A DNA stretch of 64,000 nt from Octopus sinensis (taxonomy: Eukaryota): NCBI RefSeq assembly GCF_006345805.1, contig NC_043014.1, forward strand, positions 31,806,001-31,870,000, written 5' to 3'. The stretch's first letter is position 1. Each line of letters opens with the position of its first letter. Shown here one piece after another: positions 37,157 to 49,720 of this stretch. The position numbers and the translations under genes are program-made. The notes under the pieces were generated by a model, which saw only the letters and a list, made by a program, of their open reading frames with translations, was not told the origin of the DNA and searched no databases.

Positions 37157-37274
37157 CTGTATATATTTATATATGTATGTGTATATGTTTGTATGTATGT
37201 ATATATATATATGTATGGATATATATGTATATATATATATATATATGTATATATATGTGTATATATATGTATAT

Positions 37275-37330
<56 letters not shown>

Positions 37331-38559
37331 TACACATATATATATATATACACATATATTTAGTGAGAAGGCACATGGCCTAGAGGTTAGGTTGTTGCAC
37401 TCATGATCACAATATCATGGTTTCGATTCCCAGATCAAGCAGTGCATTGAGTCCTTGAGCAAAACACTTCATTACACATCGCTCTGCAATCATTTCAGGA
37501 CCTGATGCATGGCACATTTGTGCACCTTGTACAGACAATGTCAACTTGATAGACCAGGTGAGTTTATGTGCCACACAAAATATTTGATCCCTATAAATAA
37601 ATCATTGCAGAATCCTCATACATTGTCTAATGGCAATGGAGTTCATAATATATTAGTTTCAAATTTTGGCACAAGGCCAGCAATTTCAGGGAAGGGGTAA
37701 GTTGATTACATCGACCCCAATGTTCAATTGGTACTTATTTTACCGACCCCAAAAGATGAGAGGCTGAGTTGACCTCAGTGAAATTTGAACTTCCAATATA
37801 AAGAAAGATGAAATATTGCTAAGCACTTTCTACATCATGCTAATGATTCTACCAGGTCACCACCTTGGGAAAGACCATAATATATTTGATACAAACTTAC
37901 AATTCTTTCTCTCTACCCTCTCTCTTTTTTATCTTATCACCTTTCAACACAGATCCATTTTCTGCCCATCTGTCCATCCATCCATTCTTCCATTCATTTC
38001 TCCATCTCTTCCACCATCCATCTATCCATCCATTCATCCATCCATCCATCCATCCATCCATCCACCCATCCATCCATCCATCCATCCATCCATCCACCCA
38101 TCCATCTAATAAGTGCACTGATATATATATATGTGTATATATATAATCACACACACACTCTCACACATACACACATACATATATACTGACATATATGTAT
38201 TTACTCACACACTGACATACGCTGACAAACGCATATCATTAATACAGACATGCTGACACATGCACTAACACACACATAGATACTGTGCTAATGTACTCTT
38301 ACACAAACTCATACAAATACACACAGACATACACACACACACACACACACATGCACAAACATGATTGAGAATATCAATTTTAACTAATTAAATATTGAAA
38401 TTATTTAGAGATATAAAGCATATTTATTGTGTTGTGGTGGTGGCGGTGGTAAGTGTAGGGATGGACGTGTATGTGGGGGTGGCATGAGTGTGAGTGTAAA
38501 TGTGAGTGTGAGTGTGGGGGTGGGTGGAGGTTGAGAGTGGGAGTGTAAAAGAGAAAGAA

Positions 38560-40420
38560 GTAAAGATATAGAGAGAGTGGAAGGACACTTGAGTGGGGGA
38601 AAGGAGTAGAGAAAGAGATGGAGTGAAGAAGGGAAAGCAAGAGTGGGAAGGAAGGAAGAAAAGAAAAAAGTTAAGAGTGGAACAATCTGGAGAAAAATTA
38701 GGAGTGAAAAGGAAGAGTATGGAGAGAAGTGTTAGGAGTGAGAGGGACGATGGTTGTGGTTAGAGGGATGGATTGCGGTAGTGGTAGAGAGAAGGATGGT
38801 TTGATGGGAGAAGGAAAGTTTGTGTTGTCCTGAAAGAGAAGGATTGTGATGGTGGGAAAGATGGAAAGTTAGAGATGTTTGGGAAAGGATTGTAGTTGTA
38901 GGAGGGAGAAGGAAGGATAGTGGAAGTAAGAAAAGGAAGGATAGTGGAGGTGAGAGAAGGAAGGAAAGAGATGGTGGGAAAGAAGGAAGGTTAGAAACGG
39001 TTGGGGAAGCACTGTAGTGGTGGGAAATAGGGAAGGATAGTGGAGGTGAGACACGGAAGGATAGTAAATTGCCGCGTTCCCACACAGCCATGTTGCCATT
39101 CATTTGGCATTGTGCCACCGGGTGCCGGAATACGTCTTCACGCGAAGCAGCGGACTGGGGCTGTAGCATTGGTTCCATCCCATGCACCTTTCTGGCCATC
39201 CCCGCAGTGGAGGCGGGCAACCTGTTTCACGCTGGTGCATGGTCGTGCCTTCAGCCAACTGCAGTCGGCTTCAATGCACAGTCTCCGCTGCGTTCCGTCA
39301 CGTCGCCTATGCTGTGCCTTCCCAGCATGGCAGAAAGCACTCATGGCAGACGCCACCAGACCCGCGCATAGCCTTCGCTTGTGTTGGCGCTCCCTGCCTC
39401 CTGGCGCATTGTTGAGCCACCATCTGGTGGTGCGTGGTTTCATATGGGGCGTCCGGGGCATAGTGGGCATGAACAGCACGGCTTCACACCCTGGACACCA
39501 TGGAGCGATACTGCTTCGGGCTCACTGTTGCATCGGTGTGCATGGCCCGGCTCCTCCTCACGTGGAGTTGGTCGTCACACCACGATGCATGGCAGGCGAT
39601 CAGCCAGCGGCAAACGGTTGACTTGGAATTGGTAATGGTGGGAGAGAGGAAAGGTTAAAGATGGTTGGGGAGGGATTGTTGTAGTGACAGAGAGGAAATG
39701 ATTGAGCAAGTAAGAAAAAGAAGGATAGAGGTGTGAGAAAGATGGATAGTTGAGAATCCAAAAGGTAAAGATAGGAGGGTGAAGAGAGAAATATAATGGT
39801 GGTGGGAGGGAGTGGGAAGAATAGGAGTGGTGAAAGGGGTATGAGTAGTAGTGGCAAGAGAGAGGAAGGTGGAGAAAGGGAAGATAAAATAGAAGGATAT
39901 TAGATGTGAGAGAGGTTGAATGATAGAGCTAAGACTAGGATGAAGGATAGGTGGAATAATAGAGAGAAGGATACAGAAGAAAGGATAGAAGAAATGTAGA
40001 GAAAAATAGAGGAGATAAAGAAGGATAGGGGATGAGGGATTAAAAAAAAAGAGTCAAGAAAGAATAATGAAAAGGATACAGAGAAGGATAAGGAAATCAA
40101 ATGTGAGTGAAGAATAATAGAAGAATAAAAGGGGGGATACAAGAGAAGAATAAACTACAAGGTAGAGGTGGAAGGATAGAGCAAAGACCAGGGAAAGATA
40201 GCAGGGGAGATAGAAGGAAGGATAAAAAAGGTAGGAGGAAGTATAGAGGAAAGGTTAAAAGTGGAAAGGCTGAGGTAAGCATAAAGAAGATACAAGGTAG
40301 GATAAGATTCAAGAAAGGATACAGGCGAAAGATATAGACAGGAAAGGAAAGACGAAGGAGTAACAGGAAGGATAGAGGGGAAGGATAGAAAGTGAAAACA
40401 TTGAGAAATACCTAATTTAC
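38560..40420. repeat. Long purine-rich (GA) degenerate repeat, interrupted at 39067-39631
   Basis: Strong G+A bias on the plus strand with recurrent gaaggatagtgga motifs. Confidence 0.8.
39067..39631. other. GC- and CpG-rich orphan insert of unknown origin
   Basis: Abrupt compositional switch; AATTG at both ends; long ORFs on both strands with no recognised domain. Confidence 0.6.
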
Positions 40421-41436
40421 AAAATCAACTGTAACAACAACAGGCAAAAACAGTAACAATGAAAAGCATAAGGAACAGCATCAATCAACGTAAACAACAA
40501 ACAAACAATAATATCATAACCACAACAAAAACAATAACAATCAGTTTACTGTGGAAGTTCTTGACAAGTGGAATTTAATTTACATGGAGTATTATATGAA
40601 GTGGAAATATTGTTGTTGTTGTTAGTGGTGTTGATGGTGGTGATGAAGGGAGTGGGGTTCATGGTAGAAGAGGTGTTAGGGATGATGGCTGTGGTAATAG
40701 TGGTTGTGGTGATAGTACTTGTATTAGCTTGTAGGGGTGGTGGTCGAGTAGTGGTGGTGGCAGTGGTAGTGTTGGGGCTGGTAGTGGTAGTTATGGTAGT
40801 AGTGGTGGTGGCAGTGGTAGCTGTGATAGTGGTGATGATGGGCATGGTGGTGGTATTGGTAGTGGTGATGGTGGTAGTTGTGGCAGCAGTGGAGGTGGTA
40901 GTGGTGGTGGTGGTGGTAGTCGTGATAATGGTAGTGGTGGTAGTAGTGGTGATGGGGTAGTAGTGGTAGTGGTGGCAGTGGTGGTGGTGGTAGTAGTGCT
41001 TGTGGTGGTATTGGTGATAGTGGTGGTTTTCTGTAAAGGTGGGGGAACACTGTGTGTTATCTGTTCAATTGGTTGTCATGACATTATGCAAATGAAATTG
41101 GATTATTTGTGAAAGGAGCTTGATTTTGTTGTGTTGTAGTTGTTGTTGTGGTTGTTCATGTTGTTGCTGTTGATGCTGCTGCTGCTACTGATGTTTATTG
41201 TTTATGCTGCTGTTGAGGATGTTATTTTCTTTTTGATGTTATTGTTAATATTTTTGTTGTTGTTGTTGCTCTTGTTGTTTTTGATGATATATTTAAAGGA
41301 GTAAGGCTTCCAAGGTGTTGGTCGCTAGAGGTGGTGGTGGTAGTGCTATACTACTACTATTACTACTACTACTACTGCTGCTGCTGCTACTATTGCTGCT
41401 GCTACTACTACTACTACTGTTGCCACTACTACTATA

Positions 41437-41473
<37 letters not shown>

Positions 41474-41524
41474 TTGCTGCTGCTGCTGCTACTACTACTA
41501 CTACTCTTGCTGCTGCTGCTGCTG

Positions 41525-41560
<36 letters not shown>

Positions 41561-41650
41561 TTGCTCTTGCTGCTGCTGCTACTACTACTACTACTATTGC
41601 TGCTGCTGCTACTACTACTACTACTACTACTACTCTTGCTGCTGCTGCTA

Positions 41651-41688
<38 letters not shown>

Positions 41689-42459
41689 TTTACATGATAC
41701 GCAATTACATGCTTGCATACTTTTGCTGCAGACATGCATATCCATGTATGCATGTTCATGTTTACTGATGTAAATCTGCTGCACTCGCATAGATGTAAAC
41801 ACAGACAAACATGCAACATGTGCACTATTACATGTGCACATTCATATATATGTATGTATGTACGTATGTATATATGCATACATGCAGTCAATCATGCGTA
41901 CTTTACGAAGCATAATTTTCATTTCTTCAAACACCTACATGCTTGCAGACATGTATACATGTGAACACACACATGCATGTATACATGGATGCATACATGT
42001 ATGCATACATGCATCCCATACACATTAATATGAAACTGATGGGATAATTATATCGGTGTGAGATATTAGATATCCCAGATAGTTTCATATTAATTATGGT
42101 GGTTAGATTATTAATTAGTTAGTAATTGGATATTAATGAGATATTAAATATCAATCATTCCCAGTTGAATAACAGTGATGTCATGTGACTGCAGATTGGA
42201 TATTAGACAATGAGATATTAGTCATATCAATCATGATAACATGATGTATGGATAATGGATATTGAAAAATGAGATATGCCCTGGATATTAGATAACATAT
42301 AAATCTGTTAAATATATTAGTTTGCATATGATATATAAGATAGTGAATATACCATATATATGTGTGTGCATGTGTGTGTGTATGTGTATTGTGTGTCTGA
42401 TATATATATATATATATGTATATAATATACAATATATATAATATATAATATATATGATA

Positions 42460-42858
42460 GGCGCAAGAGTAGCTGTGTGGTAAGTAGCTTGTTTACCAAC
42501 CACATGGTTCCGGGTTCAGTCCCACTGCGTGGCACCTTGGGCAAGTGTCTTCTACTATAGCCTCGGGCCGACCAAAGCCTTGTGTGTGGATTTGGTAGAC
42601 GGAAACTGAAAGAAGCCCGTCGTATATATATATATATATATATATATGTGCGTGTATGTTTGTATGTCTGTGTTTGTCCCCCCAACATCGCTTGACAACT
42701 GATGCTGGTGAGTTTACGTCCCTGTCACTTAGCGGTTCGGCAAAAGAGACCGATAGAATAAGTACTGGGCTTACAAAAGAATAAGTCCCGGGATCGAGTT
42801 GCTCGATTAAAGGTGGTGCTCCAGCATGGCTGCAGTCAAATGACTGAAACATGTAAAA
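42460..42858 (+). mobile_element. tRNA-headed SINE family A, full-length reference copy
   Basis: Head GGCGCAAGAGTAGCTGTGTGGTAAG..GGGTTCAGTCCC, central (TA)n(TG)n, 3' ..GGTGCTCCAGCATGGC..CAGTCAAATGACTGAAAC. More than 12 further copies in the window (e.g. 26970-27365, 29775-30070, 31780-32155, 48665-49515, 60008-60310). Confidence 0.88.
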
Positions 42859-43489
42859 AAAAAAATATATATATATATATATAAATGTACACACATACAT
42901 ACTCACATATACATGTATACATACACACGCACACACATATATCATCATCATCATCGTCATCATCATCATCATCATCATTGTTATCATCATTGTCATCATC
43001 ATTGTCATCATCATCACCATCATCTTTTAATGCCTGGCATGGGTAGGACAGTTTGACAGAAAATGACAACAAACCAGAAAACTGCATCAAACTCTTCTGA
43101 CAGCTCTAGCATGCTTTTTCTGGCTGGATACCCTTCATAATGCCAACCACTATGTCTATACATATGCACACATGTATATATATAGACACATTTGTACACA
43201 CACACACACACACATATATATATACATATATATATATATACACATATATACAAAAAAACACACATACACATATATATATGTATATCTATATATATAGACA
43301 TATGTGTTTGTATGTGTGTGTGTTATGTGGCCTAGTGGTTAGAGTATTTGTTTCACAATTGTCAGATCATGAGTTCGATTCTCAGCTGCATGTTGTGTGT
43401 TTGAGCAAGGCACTTTATTTCATATTTCTTCAGTCCACTCATCTGGCAAAAAGGAATAGTATCTGTATGTCAAAGGGCTGACTGTGCAT

Positions 43490-43965
43490 CTTAAGGTGGT
43501 GAGCTGGCAGAAATGTTAGCACGCTGGGCAAAATGCTTAGTAGTAATTCATCTGTCTTTATGTTCTGAGTTCAAATTCTGCCAAGGCCAAATTTGCCTTT
43601 CATCCTTTCGGAGTCAATAAATTAAGTACCAGTTGCATACTGGGGTCGGTCTTATCGACTGGCCTCCTTCCCCAAAATGTCAGGCCTTGTGCCTAGAGTA
43701 GAAAAGAATGTACTGTACATGTGTAGACCTGGCAAGCCAAGTGAGATCGTTGTTGTGGCAAATGCTGGTGTTACATAACTGGAATCTGTCCAGGTGGCAT
43801 GTAAAAAGCACCAACTACACTCTGGTTGATGTCAAGAAGGGCATCCAACTGTAGAAACCATGTCAAATCAGATTGGAACCTGGTGCAGCTCCTGATTTAC
43901 CAGTTTTCAGTCAAACCATCCAACCCATGCCAGCATGGAAAACGGACGTTAAATGATGATGATGA
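43490..43965 (+). mobile_element. SINE family B copy (43490-43710) followed by an RTE tail copy (43730-43965)
   Basis: Similarity to the reference copies. Confidence 0.7.
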
Positions 43966-44529
43966 GTAGTCAGGCATCATCAATGATGTTAGTTGAATAT
44001 CAGTTTGATTTCATAACTGTATGGATATTATTCCTGCGGGACAGAAGTGTTCATTATAAATTAGAAAACAGACTCTTTGAGACAATAATAATTATTTTTA
44101 CAAAGAAGTTTTGGTTTGAGCACCACTGCAGTCCATATTTATGAGATGTTGACAAGTGAATTTTCAATCTATTTTTGGAGATGATGATCAAGTGTTGTAA
44201 AAATATATCCTGGTGCGTACTGTTGTTAATTAATTTATTACATTTGTTCTTGTTTCTCATCATCTTCATCATCACCACTACCACCACCACTATCATCCTC
44301 ATCATCATCATCTTCATCGTCGTCGTCATCCTCATCATCATTGTCATTGTCATCATCATCACCACCACCATCACCACCACCACCACCACCACCACTGCTG
44401 CCACCATCACCACTGCCACTACCATTACCACTACCACCACCACTGCCACCACCCCTACCTCCACCCCCACCATCATCATCATAATCCCATGGCCACTATC
44501 ATCATCACAATCATTATTATTACATCTAA

Positions 44530-44640
44530 CATACTCAGCTTGTTGCTGGAAGTGTCATTAATGTTCCAGCTGTCCGATTCCCATGAACTAAAGTGGTACG
44601 TTCTTTTCAAGTCCTGAGAACTTTGTGGAGACTCCTTGCA
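44530..44640 (+). mobile_element. Probable mariner 3' end (TIR remnant)
   Basis: Ends aagtcctgagaactttgtggagactccttgca, resembling the reverse complement of TACGAGG...AAAAGTTC...GACTT-type TIRs. Confidence 0.3.
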
Positions 44641-44663
44641 CTGCCAAGTAATTCTATTATTAC

Positions 44664-44764
<101 letters not shown>

Positions 44765-44910
44765 TATTATTATTATTATATTATTGTTGTTGTTGTTGTT
44801 GTTATCACAGAGTGATATATGCTGCCTGCCAGCAATTTTGCTGAATATGGCAAGTGCAGTCTGAGAAGAATGGTCTTATTCTCACTATGTGCCTACAGGA
44901 TGGAAAGCAC

Positions 44911-44997
<87 letters not shown>

Positions 44998-45651
44998 TAG
45001 CTCTTGCCCCTAGCTATAACAGTAATTCAGCAGTAATTCAGGTTCCCTGATTGAGCCCAGGTGGTTTTCCCCATTGTTAAAATCTCTCATTAGGTCCCTT
45101 TTGAATATTATTAGTTTCCATCCCTGATTTTGTTTTCCTTAATTGATTTTGCCTAAATACCCTCTATTTGGATAATTTATACTTAAAATATCCTGTCTTT
45201 CACTGCAAAGTAGAATCGTTGAACAAAATACTTGGTAGCATATCTTCTGGATCTTTATGATCTGAGTTCAAATCCTGCTGAGGTCAACTTGGCCTTTCAC
45301 CATTTCTGGAGTTGATGTAATCAACTAAACCCCTCCATGAAAAATTGCTGCGCTTATGCCAAAATTTGAAATAATTATTATTAATATTACTATTGCTGGC
45401 AGAATCATTAGTAGCTAAGCACCGAATCTTCTGTGTTTTTTTATGTTCTGAGTTCAAATTCTGCAGAGGTCAACTTTGCATTTCATCCTTCAAAAATTGA
45501 TAAAATAAAATACCAGTCATGTTCTCGAGTTAATGAAATTGACTAATTATCTCCCTCTAATATTGCCTGTTTTTGTGCCAAAATTTAAAACAAGTTGGAA
45601 GGATGAAATATATCTATGATTAAATGCAGGGCACAGCAGAAAGGTTGCCCC

Positions 45652-45882
45652 TGGCGAGCTGGCAGAAATGTTAGCACGCTGGGCGAAATGCTTAGCAGTA
45701 TTTCGTCAGCCGCTTTGTTCTGAGTTCAAGTTCCGCCGAGGTCGACTTTGCCTTTCATCCTTTCAGGGTCAATTAAATAAGTACCAGTTGCGTGCACTGG
45801 GGTCAATGTAATCGATTTAATCCCTTTGTCTGTCCTTGCTTATTCCCTCTATGTTTAGCCCCTTCTGGGCAATAAAGAAATA
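45652..45882 (+). mobile_element. SINE family B with perfect 14-bp TSD
   Basis: AGAAAGGTTGCCCC at 45638-45651 and 45883-45896. Confidence 0.92.
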
Positions 45883-46040
45883 AGAAAGGTTGCCCCAATT
45901 TCAACAGTTAATAAAAAGCAATCACATGAAGATACAAGAAAAAAATGGTGCTCCCCACTCCAGGCCATGGCAGGTACTATCTAAAGCAGAAAAAAAAATG
46001 ACATTTAATGAACTTCATAGAAATACAAAGAAATACAAAG

Positions 46041-46268
46041 GCGGCAAGCTGGCTGAAACAGCACGCCGGAATAAATGCTTAGCAGTATTTCGTCTGCCAT
46101 TACATTCTGAGTTAAAATTCTGCCGAGGTCGACTTTGCCTTTTATCATTTTGGGAGTCGATAAATTAAGTACCAGTTACGCACTGGGGTCGATGTAATCG
46201 ACTTAATCCCTTTGTGTGTCCTTGTTTGTCCCCTCTATGTTTAGCCCCTTGTGGGCAATAAAGAAATA
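46041..46268 (+). mobile_element. SINE family B with 12-bp TSD
   Basis: AGAAATACAAAG at 46029-46040 and 46269-46280. Confidence 0.88.
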
Positions 46269-46709
46269 AGAAATACAAAGTTTTTTCATGCATCTTCATG
46301 TGTTTTTTTTTTATTAACCTTTGATATTGGGTCAACCTTTTTGTCACACCCTGTATTTGTGCATCATTAAATGGGCAAAAAAACAAGAGACATTGGGTAT
46401 AGTGAATGAAGAACAATAGCTAGTTGTGACTATTGTGTCACAGTATAGATAGTGCTTTGTCAAAATGCCAGAAGGCCCCAGAACCATTTTGGAACTATGC
46501 CCAGTGGAAAGTGCTGAGAAAGAGAGCATGAGGCTGGTCAGAGTAAAACATACTTTAGAGTTGAAAATCCAGAAGACTGAGAAGACTAAGTAAAAACAAA
46601 GAAAGAAAAAGGATGAAAATTAACATCAGTAAAATCGACATCAACAACAGACCCCAGTTTCCAGAGCACCAGCAACCATAATTCTGGGGTTAACAAAGAA
46701 AGTATCTTT

Positions 46710-46874
46710 AAGGTGGCTGTGTGGTAAGTAGCTTGCTAACCAACCACATGGTTCCGGGTTCAGTTCCACTGCATGGCATCTTGGGCAAGTGTCTTCTGCT
46801 ATAGCCCCGGGCCGACCAAAGCCTTGTGAGTGGATTTGGTAGACGGAAACTGAAAGAAGCCTGTTGTATATATG

Positions 46875-46909
<35 letters not shown>

Positions 46910-47110
46910 TTGTGTGTCTGTGTTTGTCCCCCTAGCATTGCTTGACAACCGATGCTGGTGTATTTACGTCCCCGTCACTTAGCAGTTTGGCAAAAAGAGA
47001 CCGATAGAAAAATTACTGGGCTTACAAAGAATAAGTCCCGGGGTTGGTTTGCTCGACTAAAGGCGGTGCTCCAGCATGGCCGCAGTCAAATGACTGAAAC
47101 AAGTAAAAGA
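46710..47110 (+). mobile_element. SINE family A, near full length
   Basis: Matches 42460-42858. Confidence 0.85.
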
Positions 47111-47151
47111 TATAAAAAAGAAAGTAAAAGAAAGAAAAATATGAGCCAAAG

Positions 47152-47653
47152 GTAGTGTTTATCCACACTTTAATGTGGGTGTCCTCTAAGAGACGACGAT
47201 ACTGCAACTTTAACCCCAGTAAGACATCTTCAGCTGGTTTATTCAGTGTGCTTTCCACACTCAATGTTTATTGCAAGTGGGAGATAACTCCTACCATCTG
47301 AGCAATAAACATTGAGTGCTTCTATCTTGGAGAGATTTTTTAATGAACTAGTTTCCTAATTACAAAATGGGTGGTTGTATGACGCTGTATTTTCTGTATC
47401 TTGCAAGCGAGGTTAAACTACTGCCATGCTTAACAAATGAGTGTCCACCACCGAAGAGATCCAATAAGATTGAAATTATGGGATGTAGTGGTCTCAAAGC
47501 TTGGATGACAGGAGTTATTACCCACTTGCAATAAATATTGTGTGCAGAAAGAGCACTGAATAAACCAGCTGGATGAGATGTCTTCCTGGGGTTAAAACTG
47601 CAGTATCGTTATCTCTTAGAGGACACCCACATTAAAGTGAGGATAAACACTAC
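47152..47653. mobile_element. Foldback/MITE-like element with about 150-bp inverted repeats
   Basis: GTAGTGTTTATCC(A/T)CACTTTAATGTGGGTGTCCTCTAAGAGA.. at both ends in inverted orientation. Confidence 0.85.
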
Positions 47654-47706
47654 ATTATCTTTAGGTTTATTATCATAAATAAATAAGCAAGTTTCTTTTC
47701 TAACAG

Positions 47707-47852
47707 TAGCAACATGTAGTATCATACTTTCATCATGTTTCAAAGGAGAATGGCAGACGAAAATTCCTAAATACTTGGTGAAATTACAAAGGGAAAAAAG
47801 ACAGAAAAAAACCTCAGAAAATGAAGACTCAATATTAAACAATGAAAACTGA
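47707..47852 (+). CDS. Candidate terminal coding exon (xATCSIILSSCFKGEWQTKIPKYLVKLQREKRQKKTSENEDSILNNEN*)
   Basis: Acceptor gtttcttttctaacag; 47 open codons to TGA; hydrophobic-to-charged tail; unique sequence. Confidence 0.3.
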
Positions 47853-48544
47853 TGAGAAAACCTGGCCAGTCTTACACACATTAGGTCAAATGTGAAATCA
47901 TCTAACAATCTTTTTAACCTCCACAGCTACATCTGTATCCAAAGACTGATGTCTCTCTACCCATTCTTTTGGCATATTTTTCATGTATAGATTTCAGTAT
48001 CTATTGGCAACAGGATATGCTTCAAAACTGCCTTCTATTTGATTAAGCTTTTGTTTTCGTTTTTTTTTTCTTTTCTTTTTTTTTATCTATTCCTCAGGAA
48101 TTCATTTTACAAATAGACAGGCTGGTAAGCAGACAGATGTTTGTCAGGAAAACATCAATCAAAACTAGCTAGCCTATGTATATAATGCAACTGCTCTAAA
48201 GCACCAAGACCTCTCAAGCTTCTGTCAATAATTTCAAGATTCTAGTCACCTACAATGTGTTACTAATGGAAATAGTCTTGATACTGTGGTGAATATGTTT
48301 TCACATAAAGGGCATATCTATCATAAGTATTAATGTACTTGGTTGTTTTTATTTTACTCAGTTTAGTAATTAGGTTTGGCCAAATGATTAAGATGCTTGT
48401 TGCACAGCTATAAATTTCTGGGTTCCATCCCACAGCGTTATATATAGGGAAAGTATGAGCTACTATGATCTTTGGTTGTTGAGTCTCAAGAAGGTGATGA
48501 CAAGTGACTGAGACTTCAGGCATTTTGCTGTGCTTGAGATGACA

Positions 48545-48670
48545 CATTGTGACAGTGACACGTAAAAGGCACCAGTGCTGGTGACATGTAAAAGAGTACA
48601 CATGCCAGTGATATGTAAATGGCACCTGTGCCAGTGACATGTGAAAAGCACCTGTGCTAATGACATGTAA
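48545..48670 (+). repeat. Five diverged copies of a roughly 25-bp motif (gtgccggtg(g/a)cacgtaaaaagcacc) from the RTE 3' UTR
   Basis: The same motif recurs at 13360-13830. Confidence 0.65.
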
Positions 48671-48864
48671 GAGGCACCGCTTTTAGTTGAGCAAATCGAT
48701 CCAAGGACTTATTCTTTGTAAGCCTAGTACTTATTTTATCGGTCTCTTTTGCTAAACCACTAAGTTATGGGGACATAAACACACCAGCATCGGTTGTCAA
48801 GCGATGTTGGGGGGACAAACACAGACACACAAACATATACAGACACACACATACAGACATACAT

Positions 48865-48921
<57 letters not shown>

Positions 48922-48997
48922 AATCACATATATATATAATATATATATATATATAATTATATATCTATATATATACATATAGATTATATACATATAA

Positions 48998-49029
<32 letters not shown>

Positions 49030-49034
<5 letters not shown>

Positions 49035-49223
49035 CAATAGAGGCTTCCAAATAGGAAAGCATTGTGATAGAAAGAGCAGTAAAATCTTATAAGACCACAA
49101 AAAGAATGGTAAACGTTTTTAATTTTCATTCCTTTCGTGAATTTATCCTTTTTTGTGGTTTTGAGATTTCTACTGCTCTTTCTAGCACAATGCTTTCCTA
49201 TTTGGAAGCCTCTTATTGTATTT
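49030..49223. mobile_element. Small foldback/MITE (about 75-bp arms) inside the (TA)n of a SINE-A
   Basis: aaatacaatagaggcttccaaataggaaagcattgtgatagaaagagcagta.. and its reverse complement at 49148-49223. Confidence 0.85.
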
Positions 49224-49536
49224 CTATATGAATAATATATAGTCTAATGACTAATTCGTTTTTTGTGCTAGGCCACTGGTAATAATAATTTATTATTACC
49301 CTATTTCATTATGTTTAAATATATATATATATATATAATATATATATATATATATACACGATGGGCTTCTTTCAGTTTCTGTCTACCAAATCCACTCAGA
49401 AAGCTTTGGTTGGCCCGAGGTTATAGTAGAAGACACTTGTGCAAGGTGCCACGCAGTGGGGTTGAACCCAGAACCATGTGGTTTGTAAGCAAGCTACTTA
49501 CCACACAGCCACTCCTATGCCTTGGATATATGTATG

Positions 49537-49720
49537 TATGAGGGGAAGTCAAAAATTATCTGCACTTTCGCCATGTCATATCTTTATTATGATCACACCA
49601 CCTTCTGCACATGCATGCTTATAGTTGGTACTATTGTGTTCACGTGATAGAAGTTTGAGTCTGATCGCGCCATTTTTCTTTCTGGCTTTACAGTGTAAGC
49701 AAGGCCACTCCACTAGCAAT
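49537..49720 (+). mobile_element. Mariner-type 5' end fragment
   Basis: TA(C>T)GAGGGGAAGTCAAAAATTATCTGCAC resembles mariner TIRs. Confidence 0.35.

Larger units (their letters stand above)
45627..46353. mobile_element. Tc1/mariner-type MITE (about 70-bp TIRs) containing two SINE-B insertions
   Basis: Left CAGGGCACAGCAGAAAGGTTGCCCCAATTTCAACAGTTAATAAAAAG.. versus right reverse complement CAGGGTGTGACAAAAAGGTTGACCCAATATCAAAGGTTAATAAAAAA..; TA on the right flank. Confidence 0.7.
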
